From an uncultured Pelagibacteraceae bacterium (GTDB lineage Bacteria > Pseudomonadota > Alphaproteobacteria > Pelagibacterales > Pelagibacteraceae): DNA of 64,000 bases. Of the stretch, positions 11,748-21,534 are shown piece by piece. The stretch spans positions 93,286-157,285 of the forward strand of contig CACNUU010000001.1 of assembly GCA_902623735.1 (NCBI GenBank), in the 5' to 3' direction. The notes beneath the pieces were generated by a model. The model saw only the letters and a program-made list of their open reading frames with translations, was not told the DNA's origin and searched no databases. Numbering within the stretch: the stretch's first letter is position 1; each line of letters begins with the position of its first letter. The translations under genes were made by a program, and so were the position numbers.

Positions 11748-12494
11748 ATGAATTATTACAGCTATTTTAAATTAAACAAGAATAGTAGGTTAAGATGCTT
11801 AAAACATATACAAAAAAATAGCACTTACATAGTTTTTTTACATGGTTTCATGTCTGATTTAGAGGGGAAAAAACCTGCTTCTTTTTTTAAATTTGCAAAA
11901 AAAAATGGTTTAGGCTTTTTGGCTCTAGAATATTCTGGGCATGGAAAATCATCTGGCAAATTTACTAATGGAAATATTACAAAATGGTCAAATGAAGTAA
12001 GATTAGTAATTAGAAAAGTAGTAAAAAAAAATAAAATGGTTCTTATTGGTTCAAGTATGGGAGCATGGATTTCTCTAAATCAATTTGAATTTTTCAAAAA
12101 ACAAATAATAGGATTTTTAGGAATCGGCCCTGCGCCAGAATTTTTAGAAAATTTGATGTGGAAAAAATTTACAAAAAAAATGAAAAAAGAAACAATAAAA
12201 AGTGGTATCTACAATCTAAAACATGGAAACTACACCTATCCTATCACTTTAAAACTAATTAAGGATGGAAGAAAAAATAAAGTTTTAAACAAAAAAATAA
12301 GCTCTAAAATCAAAGTTTCTATGATACATGGTCAGAAAGATGAGGTTGTTCCGATTTCATATTCAAGAAAAGTTCTTAAAATCTTTAAGAAAGCAAAGAG
12401 GAAATTGGTAGTCATTAAAAATGGTGACCACAGCTTATCTTCACCAAAGTCACTTAATATTATTAAAAAAGAGCTTCAATTAGTAATTAACTAA
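11748..12494 (+). CDS. Alpha/beta hydrolase
   Basis: FLHGFMSD, nucleophile motif GSSMG, HGQKDEVVP, GDHSLS. Confidence 0.9.
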   Translation: MNYYSYFKLNKNSRLRCLKHIQKNSTYIVFLHGFMSDLEGKKPASFFKFAKKNGLGFLALEYSGHGKSSGKFTNGNITKWSNEVRLVIRKVVKKNKMVLIGSSMGAWISLNQFEFFKKQIIGFLGIGPAPEFLENLMWKKFTKKMKKETIKSGIYNLKHGNYTYPITLKLIKDGRKNKVLNKKISSKIKVSMIHGQKDEVVPISYSRKVLKIFKKAKRKLVVIKNGDHSLSSPKSLNIIKKELQLVIN

Positions 12495-15400
12495 CATCTT
12501 TTATTATTGGTTTAGATGTTAATGGATTTTTTAGTTTATCTAACATCTCTTTGGGACAAACCTGAATAAAATTTTTAATTTCATCGTCAAAATTTTTAAT
12601 TATATTCATTGATAATATTGAGCCGGTTTCCTCTGAATGTTCTAATACTAATTTCTTTAAATAGTTGATCCAATAATCTGTTTCAATATTCTGCCAAATT
12701 ACTGATTCTAAATTTACTTTTTTTTCAAATTCTTTTGACTTGTCATATATAAATGCCATTCCTCCAGTCATACCAGCAGCAAAATTATCTCCTACTTTTC
12801 CCAATATGACTACTGTTCCCCCAGTCATATATTCACAACCATTAGAGTCACAACCTTCAATTACTGATGTTGCCCCAGAATTTCTTACTGCAAATCTATC
12901 TCCTGCTTGTCCTGCAGCAAAAAGTTTACCAGATGTGGCTCCATATAAAACTGTATTTCCAATTATTGTATTTTTATTTGAAATTAAATTACTTTCTTCA
13001 GAAAGCTTAATTATAATTGTTGCTCCTGATAATCCCTTTCCAACATAATCATTTGCATCTCCTTTTAAAACTAATTTTAAGCCTTTTGATGAAAAAGCGC
13101 CAAAAGATTGTCCTGCAGAACCTCTAAAATTTAATACTAAAAAATTGTCATCTAATTTTTCATATCCATATTTCTTATATAAATGATGAGAAATTCTTGT
13201 ACCAACTGCTCTATTTGTATTCTTTATTAAAAATTCTTTATCTAAACTTTTGGAATTATCCAAGCAATTTTCAATTTCAGGCCAAATTCTTTGGTCAAGT
13301 GTATCAGGAACTTTATTAATTTCTGGGGTTTCACAATATCTTTTATTATTTCCAGGATCTGCTTGGACAAATAAGGGATTTAGATCTAGATCGTCTAAGT
13401 TTGGTGAGGCTTTATTCACTTGCATTAACAAATCTGTTCTTCCAATAATTTCATTCAAAGATTTGAATCCTAATTTAGCTAATATTTCTCTTACTTCTGT
13501 GGCAATAAAAGTGAATAAATTTACAACTTTATCAGGTGTACCAGAGAATTTTTCTCTTAATTTTTCGTCTTGTGTACAAACACCAACTGGACATGTGTTA
13601 GAGTGACATTGTCTTACCATAATACATCCCATGGCTACTAAAGCGGTTGTAGCAACCCCATATTCTTCTGCACCCATCATTGCTGCAATAACTACATCTC
13701 TTCCAGTTTTGATGCCACCATCTGTTCTAAGGGTCACCTTGTGTCTTAAGTTATTTAGTGTTAGAACCTGATTAGCTTCTGTTAGACCCATTTCCCATGG
13801 TATTCCAACATACTTAACGCTTGTTTGTGGAGTTGCACCAGTGCCACCATTGTGGCCTGAGATTAAAATAATATCAGCCTTAGCTTTTGCTACTCCAGCA
13901 GCGATCGTACCAATTCCTGAAGATGCAACTAACTTTACGCCAACCCTAGCAAAAGGATTTATTTGTTTTAAATCATAAATTAATTGAGCTAAATCTTCAA
14001 TTGAGTATATATCATGATGCGGTGGTGGAGAAATTAATGTTACACCTGGAGTGGAGTGTCTTAGTTTAGCAATTTCCTTTGTGACTTTAAAACCTGGTAG
14101 CTGACCACCCTCTCCAGGTTTAGCGCCTTGGGCCATTTTAATTTCTATCTCATTACAATTATTTAAATAATTTACTGTCACACCAAACCTTGCAGATGCA
14201 ATTTGTTTAACTCTAGAATTTGCACTATCTCCACTGTCCATTACTTTAAATCTTTTAGCATCTTCACCACCCTCTCCACTACATGAGGCTCCTTTAATTC
14301 TGTTCATTCCAATTGCTAATGTTTCATGAGCCTCTTTAGATAGAGCACCGTGAGACATACTTCCGCTACCAAATCTTCTCAAAATCTTTTCTATTGGCTC
14401 AACTTCTGATAAGTTTAGGGGTTTACTTAATTTCTTTCCTCTAAAATCAACTAGGTCTCTTAAATTTATTGGTGGTAAATTATAAATACCCTCAGCATAT
14501 TTTTTGTATGCGTCGTAAGAATTTGAACTTACAGCACTTTGCAACAAGTGTATTAGTCTACCCTGATATTGGTGTATTTCTCCATTTTTTCTATATCTGT
14601 AGATGCCTCCAATTGGCAATACCGTCTCTGTACTTTCAAATGCTTCTTTATGTATTCCTCTAATTTTTTTTTCAATTCCAACTAAACCAATACCGGATAT
14701 TTTTGACGTTACACCAGGAAAATAGTCATTAACAACTGTTCTGCTCAATCCAACTGTTTCAAAATTACATCCGCCTCTATAAGAGCTCAAAACTGAAATT
14801 CCCATTTTTGACATAATCTTTAGAAGACCCGCATTAACTGATTTAATATATCTTTTGACACATTCATCAAAACTAAATTGGCCAAACAATTTTTTTGAGT
14901 GCCTTTGATATAAACTGTCAAAAGCCAAGTAGGGATTTACTGTGGTAGCTCCAACACCTATTAAAGTTGCAAATGAATGAGTATCTAATGCCTCACCAGA
15001 TTGAACATTAATAGAAACGTAGCCTCTTAGTTTTTTTTCTATCAAAAAAGTATTTATAGCTCCCACACATAAAAGCATCGGTATAGGTAAATTTTTTGAA
15101 GAAATATCTTTATCACTAAGAATAAGCTGTTTTATTCCTTGTCTAACTGCGATTTCTGCTTCTTTTTGTATCCTTTTTATAGCATTAGCCAAGTTATCAT
15201 TCTCAGAAAATGTGCAATTAATTATTATTGAATTTTTACCAAAAAAATTAATAAACTTATTAAATTGCGAATTAGACAAAATAGGACTGTTTAGGACATA
15301 AATATTTTCTTTTGTTAAAGTATCGAAGTCTAATATGTTTCCTAAATTTCCAAACCTGGTCTTTAAACTCATTACTTTGTTTTCTCTTAATGAGTCAATT

Positions 15401-16992
15401 GGCGGGTTAGTAACTTGACTAAAATTTTGTCTAAAAAAATGATAAAGTGGTCTATATCTATCAGATAAAACTGCTAAAGGCGTGTCATCTCCCATTGAAC
15501 CTGTTGCCTCTTTTGCATCTTCAGCCATTGGATGTAAAATAAGTTCCAAATCTTCTAAACTTAATCCAAAAGCATATTGTCTTCTTCTCAAATCTTCCCC
15601 ATCAAAATTATATTTTTCATTAGATATGGTAAGTTTTTCATCTAAATCTATTATCTGTGAATTAAAGTGTTTAAACTCTTTTGCCAAATAATCTTTAATT
15701 TGATCATTTGAAAAAATTTTTCCTTTTTCGATTCTTACACCAATGATCTCACCTGGTCCTAATCTACCCTTGGACAAGATTTTTTTTTCATTCAATTCTA
15801 TCATTCCTGTTTCAGATCCAGCAAAAAGCATTTTATCTTTTGTAATTGCATACCGAAGGGGTCTAAGACCATTTCTATCATTAGCAGCTATTATCCATTC
15901 ATTATCTGTAGCAGCGATAGCAGCGGGACCATCCCATGGCTCCATTGTACTATTTAGAAAATTAAATAATTGTTGGTGGCTTCTTGGCAGTGTTTTATTT
16001 TTTTTTGACCAGGCATCAGGAACCAACATTAATTTTGCCAAAGGTGCAGGTTGGCCTGATTTATTTAAAAGCTCGAATACGTTATCTAAAGCTGCTGAAT
16101 CAGATACACCTTTTTGTATTACAGGTTTTAAATTTTCTACATCATCAAACAACGGACTACTCATTTCCTGTTCATGAACTTTCATCCAATTTTTATTTCC
16201 TTTATAAGTATTTATTTCACCATTGTGAGCTATTGCCCTAAATGGTTGGGCTAAACTCCAACTGGGAGCAGTGTTTGTTGAAAACCTTTGGTGGAAAATT
16301 GCATATCTTGAGACAAATCTTTCATCTTTTAAATCCAAATAGAAATCAGATATTGCCTCTGCCAAATAAAGACCTTTGTAAATTATAGACTTTGAGCTTA
16401 TAGAACAAATATAGAAATTATTTAATGAAGCATTAAAGGCTTCTTTTTCAATTTTTTTTCTTGTTTCATAGATCTTTCTTTCTAAGTCTTTATCTAACAA
16501 ATTTGTATTATTTGATTTAAATAAAACTTGAATTATTTCAGGCATAGTTTGAAGAGCTTTATCCCCTAAGATTTTAGGATTTACAGGGACTTGTCTCCAT
16601 CCATATATACTGAAATTATTTTTAGTTAACTCACTCTCTACAATAGTCTTGCAACTTTCCTGCGCATTATAATCATTTCTTGGTAAAAAAATCATACCCA
16701 CACAAATTTCAGATTTGTCATAATCGTGGCCAGTCACCTGTATCTTTTCTATAAAAAAATCCTTTGGAATTTCAACATGAATTCCAGCTCCATCTCCAGT
16801 TTTACCATCAGCATCAACGGCTCCTCTATGCCAAACTGCTTTAAGAGCCTCAATTCCATATTCAACAATTGCTCTTGATTTTTTGCCCTCTGTAGATGCA
16901 ATTACTCCAACACCGCATGCATCATGTTCCATTTCTTTTGAATAAACATGACTTTCTGTTAATAGTTTTAAATTTTTATAATAATTTTTCAT
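12487..16992 (-). CDS. gltB: Glutamate synthase large subunit
   Basis: EHDACGVG propeptide/Cys1, HQRFSTNT, QGAKPGEGGQLPG, CIMVRQCHSNTCPVG; 1501 aa. Confidence 0.99.
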   Translation of the reverse strand: MKNYYKNLKLLTESHVYSKEMEHDACGVGVIASTEGKKSRAIVEYGIEALKAVWHRGAVDADGKTGDGAGIHVEIPKDFFIEKIQVTGHDYDKSEICVGMIFLPRNDYNAQESCKTIVESELTKNNFSIYGWRQVPVNPKILGDKALQTMPEIIQVLFKSNNTNLLDKDLERKIYETRKKIEKEAFNASLNNFYICSISSKSIIYKGLYLAEAISDFYLDLKDERFVSRYAIFHQRFSTNTAPSWSLAQPFRAIAHNGEINTYKGNKNWMKVHEQEMSSPLFDDVENLKPVIQKGVSDSAALDNVFELLNKSGQPAPLAKLMLVPDAWSKKNKTLPRSHQQLFNFLNSTMEPWDGPAAIAATDNEWIIAANDRNGLRPLRYAITKDKMLFAGSETGMIELNEKKILSKGRLGPGEIIGVRIEKGKIFSNDQIKDYLAKEFKHFNSQIIDLDEKLTISNEKYNFDGEDLRRRQYAFGLSLEDLELILHPMAEDAKEATGSMGDDTPLAVLSDRYRPLYHFFRQNFSQVTNPPIDSLRENKVMSLKTRFGNLGNILDFDTLTKENIYVLNSPILSNSQFNKFINFFGKNSIIINCTFSENDNLANAIKRIQKEAEIAVRQGIKQLILSDKDISSKNLPIPMLLCVGAINTFLIEKKLRGYVSINVQSGEALDTHSFATLIGVGATTVNPYLAFDSLYQRHSKKLFGQFSFDECVKRYIKSVNAGLLKIMSKMGISVLSSYRGGCNFETVGLSRTVVNDYFPGVTSKISGIGLVGIEKKIRGIHKEAFESTETVLPIGGIYRYRKNGEIHQYQGRLIHLLQSAVSSNSYDAYKKYAEGIYNLPPINLRDLVDFRGKKLSKPLNLSEVEPIEKILRRFGSGSMSHGALSKEAHETLAIGMNRIKGASCSGEGGEDAKRFKVMDSGDSANSRVKQIASARFGVTVNYLNNCNEIEIKMAQGAKPGEGGQLPGFKVTKEIAKLRHSTPGVTLISPPPHHDIYSIEDLAQLIYDLKQINPFARVGVKLVASSGIGTIAAGVAKAKADIILISGHNGGTGATPQTSVKYVGIPWEMGLTEANQVLTLNNLRHKVTLRTDGGIKTGRDVVIAAMMGAEEYGVATTALVAMGCIMVRQCHSNTCPVGVCTQDEKLREKFSGTPDKVVNLFTFIATEVREILAKLGFKSLNEIIGRTDLLMQVNKASPNLDDLDLNPLFVQADPGNNKRYCETPEINKVPDTLDQRIWPEIENCLDNSKSLDKEFLIKNTNRAVGTRISHHLYKKYGYEKLDDNFLVLNFRGSAGQSFGAFSSKGLKLVLKGDANDYVGKGLSGATIIIKLSEESNLISNKNTIIGNTVLYGATSGKLFAAGQAGDRFAVRNSGATSVIEGCDSNGCEYMTGGTVVILGKVGDNFAAGMTGGMAFIYDKSKEFEKKVNLESVIWQNIETDYWINYLKKLVLEHSEETGSILSMNIIKNFDDEIKNFIQVCPKEMLDKLKNPLTSKPIIKDVS

Positions 16993-18431
16993 TAAGCAAC
17001 TTTAGTTGTTTTTATTTCAATTTTTTCAAGATAAGTTTTGATTGCATTTGCTGCGTCTCTTCCGTCTTTAATCGCCCACACCACTAGTGATGCTCCTCTA
17101 ATAATATCTCCTGCAGCAAAGACCCCCTTTAGATTTGTTTCCATTGTATCAAAATCAGTTTTTAAGGTTCCCCATTTAGTAACTTGCAGATCTTTTGCAT
17201 CAAATAAGTTTGGTAAGTTCTCAGGATCAAACCCAAGAGCCTTTATAACCATATCAGCTTTTATACTAAACTCTGAGCCTTCTTTAACTTCAGGTCTTCT
17301 TCTTCCTGAGTCATCAGGTTCACCTAATTGAATTTTATCAACTATTAAGTTTTCTATTTTGTTTGTACCAATGAATTCTTTTGGGCTTGATAACCATACA
17401 AATTCAACTCCTTCTTCTTCAGCATTAGCTACTTCTCTAGCTGATCCTGGCATATTTTCTTTATCTCTCCTATAAAGACATTTTACTGACTTTGCTTTCT
17501 GCCTTATTGATGTTCTCACACAATCCATTGCTGTGTCACCACCACCTATAACAACTACATCTTTACCCTCTGCATTTAAAACACCTCTATCAAATAAATC
17601 AACTTTATCACCTAGTCCTTTTTTATTTGAAGCAGTTAAAAAATCCATAGCAGGAAAGATATTTTCTAAATCATTTCCTGGTAAATTAATCTCTCTTGGT
17701 TTGTAAACTCCTGTGGCTATCAGAATAGCATCATGTTTATCTCTTAATTGCTCTAATGTGGCATCTTTCCCAACCTCAAAATTTTGTATAAATTCTATAC
17801 CACCATCTTTTAATAATCTTGTTCTTCTTTCAACTACGTGTTTCTCTAATTTAAAATTTGGAATACCATAAATCAATAAACCTCCTGCACGATCATACCG
17901 ATCATAAACAGTTATTTTATAGCCATTTTTTCTTAATTGTTCAGCTGCAGCAAGTCCAGCAGGTCCTGCACCAATTATGCCAACACTTTGACTCTTTTCA
18001 TAATCTACTTTAATTGGCTTAACCCAACCTTGTTCCCACGCATTATCTGTGATGTATTTTTCCATTGAGCCGATGGTTACTGTGCCGTGTCCTGATTGCT
18101 CAATTACACAATTACCTTCACAAAGACGATCTTGTGGACATATTCTACCGCAGACTTCAGGCATATTATTAGTACTTTGAGACAACTCATATGCTTCTTT
18201 TAATCTTCCTTCGGCAGTCAATTTAAGCCAATCAGGTATATTATTGCTAAGAGGACAGTGTACTTGACAAAATGGTACACCACATTGAGAACATCTGCTT
18301 GATTGTTCCTTTGCTTTATCCTTAATGAAATCATCATATATTTCATTAAAGTCCTTTTTTCTATTATTAACCTTTCTTTTAGGTGGTGTTTGTTGACCTA
18401 TTTCCACAAATTTTAGCATTTTATCAGTCAT
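16992..18431 (-). CDS. gltD: Glutamate synthase small subunit
   Basis: RCSQCGVPFCQVHCP, GRICPQDRLCEGNC, GAGPAG, GGGDTAMDC. Confidence 0.98.
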   Translation of the reverse strand: MTDKMLKFVEIGQQTPPKRKVNNRKKDFNEIYDDFIKDKAKEQSSRCSQCGVPFCQVHCPLSNNIPDWLKLTAEGRLKEAYELSQSTNNMPEVCGRICPQDRLCEGNCVIEQSGHGTVTIGSMEKYITDNAWEQGWVKPIKVDYEKSQSVGIIGAGPAGLAAAEQLRKNGYKITVYDRYDRAGGLLIYGIPNFKLEKHVVERRTRLLKDGGIEFIQNFEVGKDATLEQLRDKHDAILIATGVYKPREINLPGNDLENIFPAMDFLTASNKKGLGDKVDLFDRGVLNAEGKDVVVIGGGDTAMDCVRTSIRQKAKSVKCLYRRDKENMPGSAREVANAEEEGVEFVWLSSPKEFIGTNKIENLIVDKIQLGEPDDSGRRRPEVKEGSEFSIKADMVIKALGFDPENLPNLFDAKDLQVTKWGTLKTDFDTMETNLKGVFAAGDIIRGASLVVWAIKDGRDAANAIKTYLEKIEIKTTKVA

Positions 18432-18487
18432 AATAATTTTAGAATCATGGAAAAATATACATTGTTTTTATTAGTAAAAGAATTATT

Positions 18488-18524
18488 TAGGTCAATATTT
18501 ATGACCTATATTTTGTCATAAATA
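18488..18524. promoter_or_regulatory. Overlapping inverted repeats upstream of gltD (candidate operator)
   Basis: TAGGTCA-N7-TGACCTA (18488-18508) and TATTTATGAC-N9-GTCATAAATA (18496-18524). Confidence 0.55.
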
Positions 18525-18614
18525 GCTAAAAATATGAATAATTTAATTTCTGCATATCTATTATGATTAAATGGAATTGTTTTAAAAGGATATTTTTTAA
18601 GTTACGACAACTAT

Positions 18615-19382
18615 ATGTTTCAAGATTTTATAGAAATTCTTATCTTATCAGCAGTTCAAGGAATAACTGAATTTTTACCAATAAGTTCATCAGCTCATTT
18701 AATTATTGTATCTAATCTATATAATTTAAATTCTAGTTCATTATTAATAGATATAAGTCTACATTTAGGTTCTTTATTAGCAATAATATATTTTTTTAGA
18801 CAAGATTTATTTGATCTCAAAAATAATCAAAAATTATTAAAACTAATGATAATTGGCTCAATACCTCTTTTTATCTTTGGTTACATATTACACTCAAGTG
18901 AATTAATTTATAATGTGAGAAATATTAAGATTATAGCATGGACAACATTAATTTTTGGAATTGTTTTATACTTTGCTGATCAGAGAAAAACTGATCAAAA
19001 TATATCAACAAACCTGAATGTTAGATCAATAATATTTATTGGACTTTTACAAATACTTGCATTGATGCCTGGAGTAAGTAGAGCGGGAATAAATATGACA
19101 GCAGCAAGATTTTTAAAATTTAATAGAGTAGATGCAGGAAAAATTTCATTTTTACTATCTATTCCTGCCCTTGCAGGAGCAAGTTTTCTTGGATTAATAA
19201 ATATTCCAGATAAGTCTTTAGATCTAAATTTATTAGTAATTTTTGCAATAACTTTATCTTTTATATTCTCTTACTTTACTGTAAAATTTTTTTTGTCTTT
19301 TATTAATAAATTTTCTTTAAAAATTTTTGTAATTTATAGAACAATAATCGCTTTAATTTTGTTGATATTAATATATTTTTAA
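18615..19382 (+). CDS. uppP: Undecaprenyl-diphosphate phosphatase
   Basis: VQGITEFLPISSSAHL, PGVSRAG, SFLLSIPA. Confidence 0.96.
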   Translation: MFQDFIEILILSAVQGITEFLPISSSAHLIIVSNLYNLNSSSLLIDISLHLGSLLAIIYFFRQDLFDLKNNQKLLKLMIIGSIPLFIFGYILHSSELIYNVRNIKIIAWTTLIFGIVLYFADQRKTDQNISTNLNVRSIIFIGLLQILALMPGVSRAGINMTAARFLKFNRVDAGKISFLLSIPALAGASFLGLINIPDKSLDLNLLVIFAITLSFIFSYFTVKFFLSFINKFSLKIFVIYRTIIALILLILIYF

Positions 19383-20269
19383 TTTGTTTTTTTTATCAAA
19401 GGTAGAAGTTGGGATAATAAAACACCACACAATATAAAGAAACATCCTAACAAATTATTAATACCCAATATTTGATTTAATAAGAACCAAGCTGCTATAG
19501 TGGCAAAAACACCTTCTAATGAAAAAATTATTGCTGCTGGAGCGGGAGTAATATTTCTTTGAGCATAAATTTGTAAAACAAAAGCAAAACCACCAGATAA
19601 AATTCCGGCATATAAGATTGAGTCTATTTCATTCCAAATATTTTTGAAAATAAATTCCTCATAAATTAATCCAATTATAAAAGAGAAAAGAGCAACTAGT
19701 AAAGTTTGAATAGCACCTAAGGTTAGTGGCAAATTATATTTAGTCACAATAATGCCAGTAAAAATAATATGTGTACTCCAAAATAGTGCACCCAATATAA
19801 CAAGTGTATCTCCAAGTCTCACTGTTGCATCATAAAAATTTGTTAAAAGGTAACCACCTATTAAACACAAGACTACTGATGGCCATACACTCCAATGAAT
19901 TGATTTTTTTTTAAATAAAAATATTATAATTGGGACCATTGGAACATAAAAAATAGTAAAAAAAGCTGCATTTGCTACATCTGTATAAAGTAGTGCAACC
20001 TGTTGTAATGCAGAACCTAGAAATAGTGATAAACCGATTAAAAAAGCAAGAATAGAAAATGTTTTTAAATCGTATTTAAATTCAGATTTAAATTTTTTTA
20101 CTTCAAATAAAATAACAAGAGGAATAATGGCTAAAAAACCAACAAAAAATCTAACAGCATTAAAAGTAAATGGGCCTATATCATCCATTCCTGTATCTTG
20201 TGCAATAAAAGTGGTTCCCCAAATAAATGTACACAATAGTGCGCTAAATAATGAGACAGTTTTTGACAT
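19379..20269 (-). CDS. DMT/EamA family transporter
   Basis: FIWGTTF start, about 10 hydrophobic segments in two EamA repeats, SLEGVFA. Confidence 0.9.
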   Translation of the reverse strand: MSKTVSLFSALLCTFIWGTTFIAQDTGMDDIGPFTFNAVRFFVGFLAIIPLVILFEVKKFKSEFKYDLKTFSILAFLIGLSLFLGSALQQVALLYTDVANAAFFTIFYVPMVPIIIFLFKKKSIHWSVWPSVVLCLIGGYLLTNFYDATVRLGDTLVILGALFWSTHIIFTGIIVTKYNLPLTLGAIQTLLVALFSFIIGLIYEEFIFKNIWNEIDSILYAGILSGGFAFVLQIYAQRNITPAPAAIIFSLEGVFATIAAWFLLNQILGINNLLGCFFILCGVLLSQLLPLIKKTN

Positions 20270-20274
20270 ATTTT

Positions 20275-21534
20275 TTAGATGGCTAGTTTGTAAGCAAAGT
20301 TTTTTCCTAAGTTTTCTTTTAGCTCATTATTAAATCGAGCAGCCTCTGCTCCATCAATAATTCTGTGGTCGTAAGATAATGATAATGGCAACATGGTTCT
20401 TGTAACAAATTTTCCCTTGAAAAAAATTTGTTTTTTTTCAGCTTTACCAACTCCTAAAATTGCAACCTCAGGATAGTTTATAATTGGAGTAAAAAAAGAC
20501 CCACCAATTCCACCTAAACTTGTTATTGTCATTGATCCACCAAACAACTCTTTCTTATCAATTTTAAGATTTCTGCATTGTTCGCTCAAATTTTTAAGCT
20601 CTGAACTAATTAGATCGATATTTTTGTTATCTGCATTTCTTAATTTTGGAACCATCAAACCATGCGGAGTATCTACTGCTATTCCGATGTGAAAATATTT
20701 TTTAACAGTCATTTTACCATCTTCAATTTCGTCTATGGAGCTATTAAAGTTAGTAAACTTTTTTAATGATGCAGTTAAAGCTTTAACAATAAAAGCTAAA
20801 GGAGTAATCTTTTTTTTTTCACCTGTGTAAATATCAGTCAATGATGTCCTAAATTCCTCTAGCTCAGTAATATCAGCTTCATCATGATTGGTAACATGAG
20901 GAATCTTAGTCCAGGAGTTAATTAGATATTTTGATGATAATCTTTTTACCCTTGGTATATCTTTTATCTCCACTTCCCCAAATTCTGAATGGGAGAATTC
21001 TTGTTTAATTTTTTCGTAGGGTTGTCTCGTATTATTCTCTAAATTTTTAGATTTAGATGCTACAAATAATTTTATATCACTTTCAATAACTCTACCTTTT
21101 CTCTCACTGCCTATAACTTGATTAATATCTACCCCAAGCTCTCTTGCAAATTTTCGAACTTTGGGACTTGCTGATGACAAGCTTGTATTATTTTTTTGAT
21201 TAATTGTTGTTTGTTGAATTTCTGCTTTTATAGGCTGAATTTTTTTAATGTCTTTTTCAAGGACTGTTTTTTCTTTAATTTTGGCTGTTGGTTGTGATGT
21301 ACTCTCTAAAATTAATATCAAGTCACCTTCAGAGACTTTATCACCCACTTTTGTTTTTATGGTTTTAATTTTGCCGTCCAAAGTAGACGGGATTTCTACA
21401 CTAGATTTATCACTTTCTATTGTAATTAAAGGATCGTTCTTTTTCAACTTTTGACCCTCAGAAACCAAAACTTCTATCACCTCTACATCTTTAAAATCTC
21501 CAATATTGGGTACTTTGATCTCAGTATCTGACAT
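20275..21534 (-). CDS. aceF: Pyruvate dehydrogenase E2 dihydrolipoamide acetyltransferase (single lipoyl domain)
   Basis: Lipoyl motif ESDKSSVE, subunit-binding ASPKVRKFARELG, catalytic SYDHRIIDG. Confidence 0.93.
   Translation of the reverse strand: MSDTEIKVPNIGDFKDVEVIEVLVSEGQKLKKNDPLITIESDKSSVEIPSTLDGKIKTIKTKVGDKVSEGDLILILESTSQPTAKIKEKTVLEKDIKKIQPIKAEIQQTTINQKNNTSLSSASPKVRKFARELGVDINQVIGSERKGRVIESDIKLFVASKSKNLENNTRQPYEKIKQEFSHSEFGEVEIKDIPRVKRLSSKYLINSWTKIPHVTNHDEADITELEEFRTSLTDIYTGEKKKITPLAFIVKALTASLKKFTNFNSSIDEIEDGKMTVKKYFHIGIAVDTPHGLMVPKLRNADNKNIDLISSELKNLSEQCRNLKIDKKELFGGSMTITSLGGIGGSFFTPIINYPEVAILGVGKAEKKQIFFKGKFVTRTMLPLSLSYDHRIIDGAEAARFNNELKENLGKNFAYKLAI

Noticed and set aside
18438-18454. 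TTTAGAA-TCA-TGGAAAA upstream of the Fe-S gene gltD as an Irr box
   Set aside because: One perfect half-site but three mismatches in the other; too weak in such AT-rich DNA.
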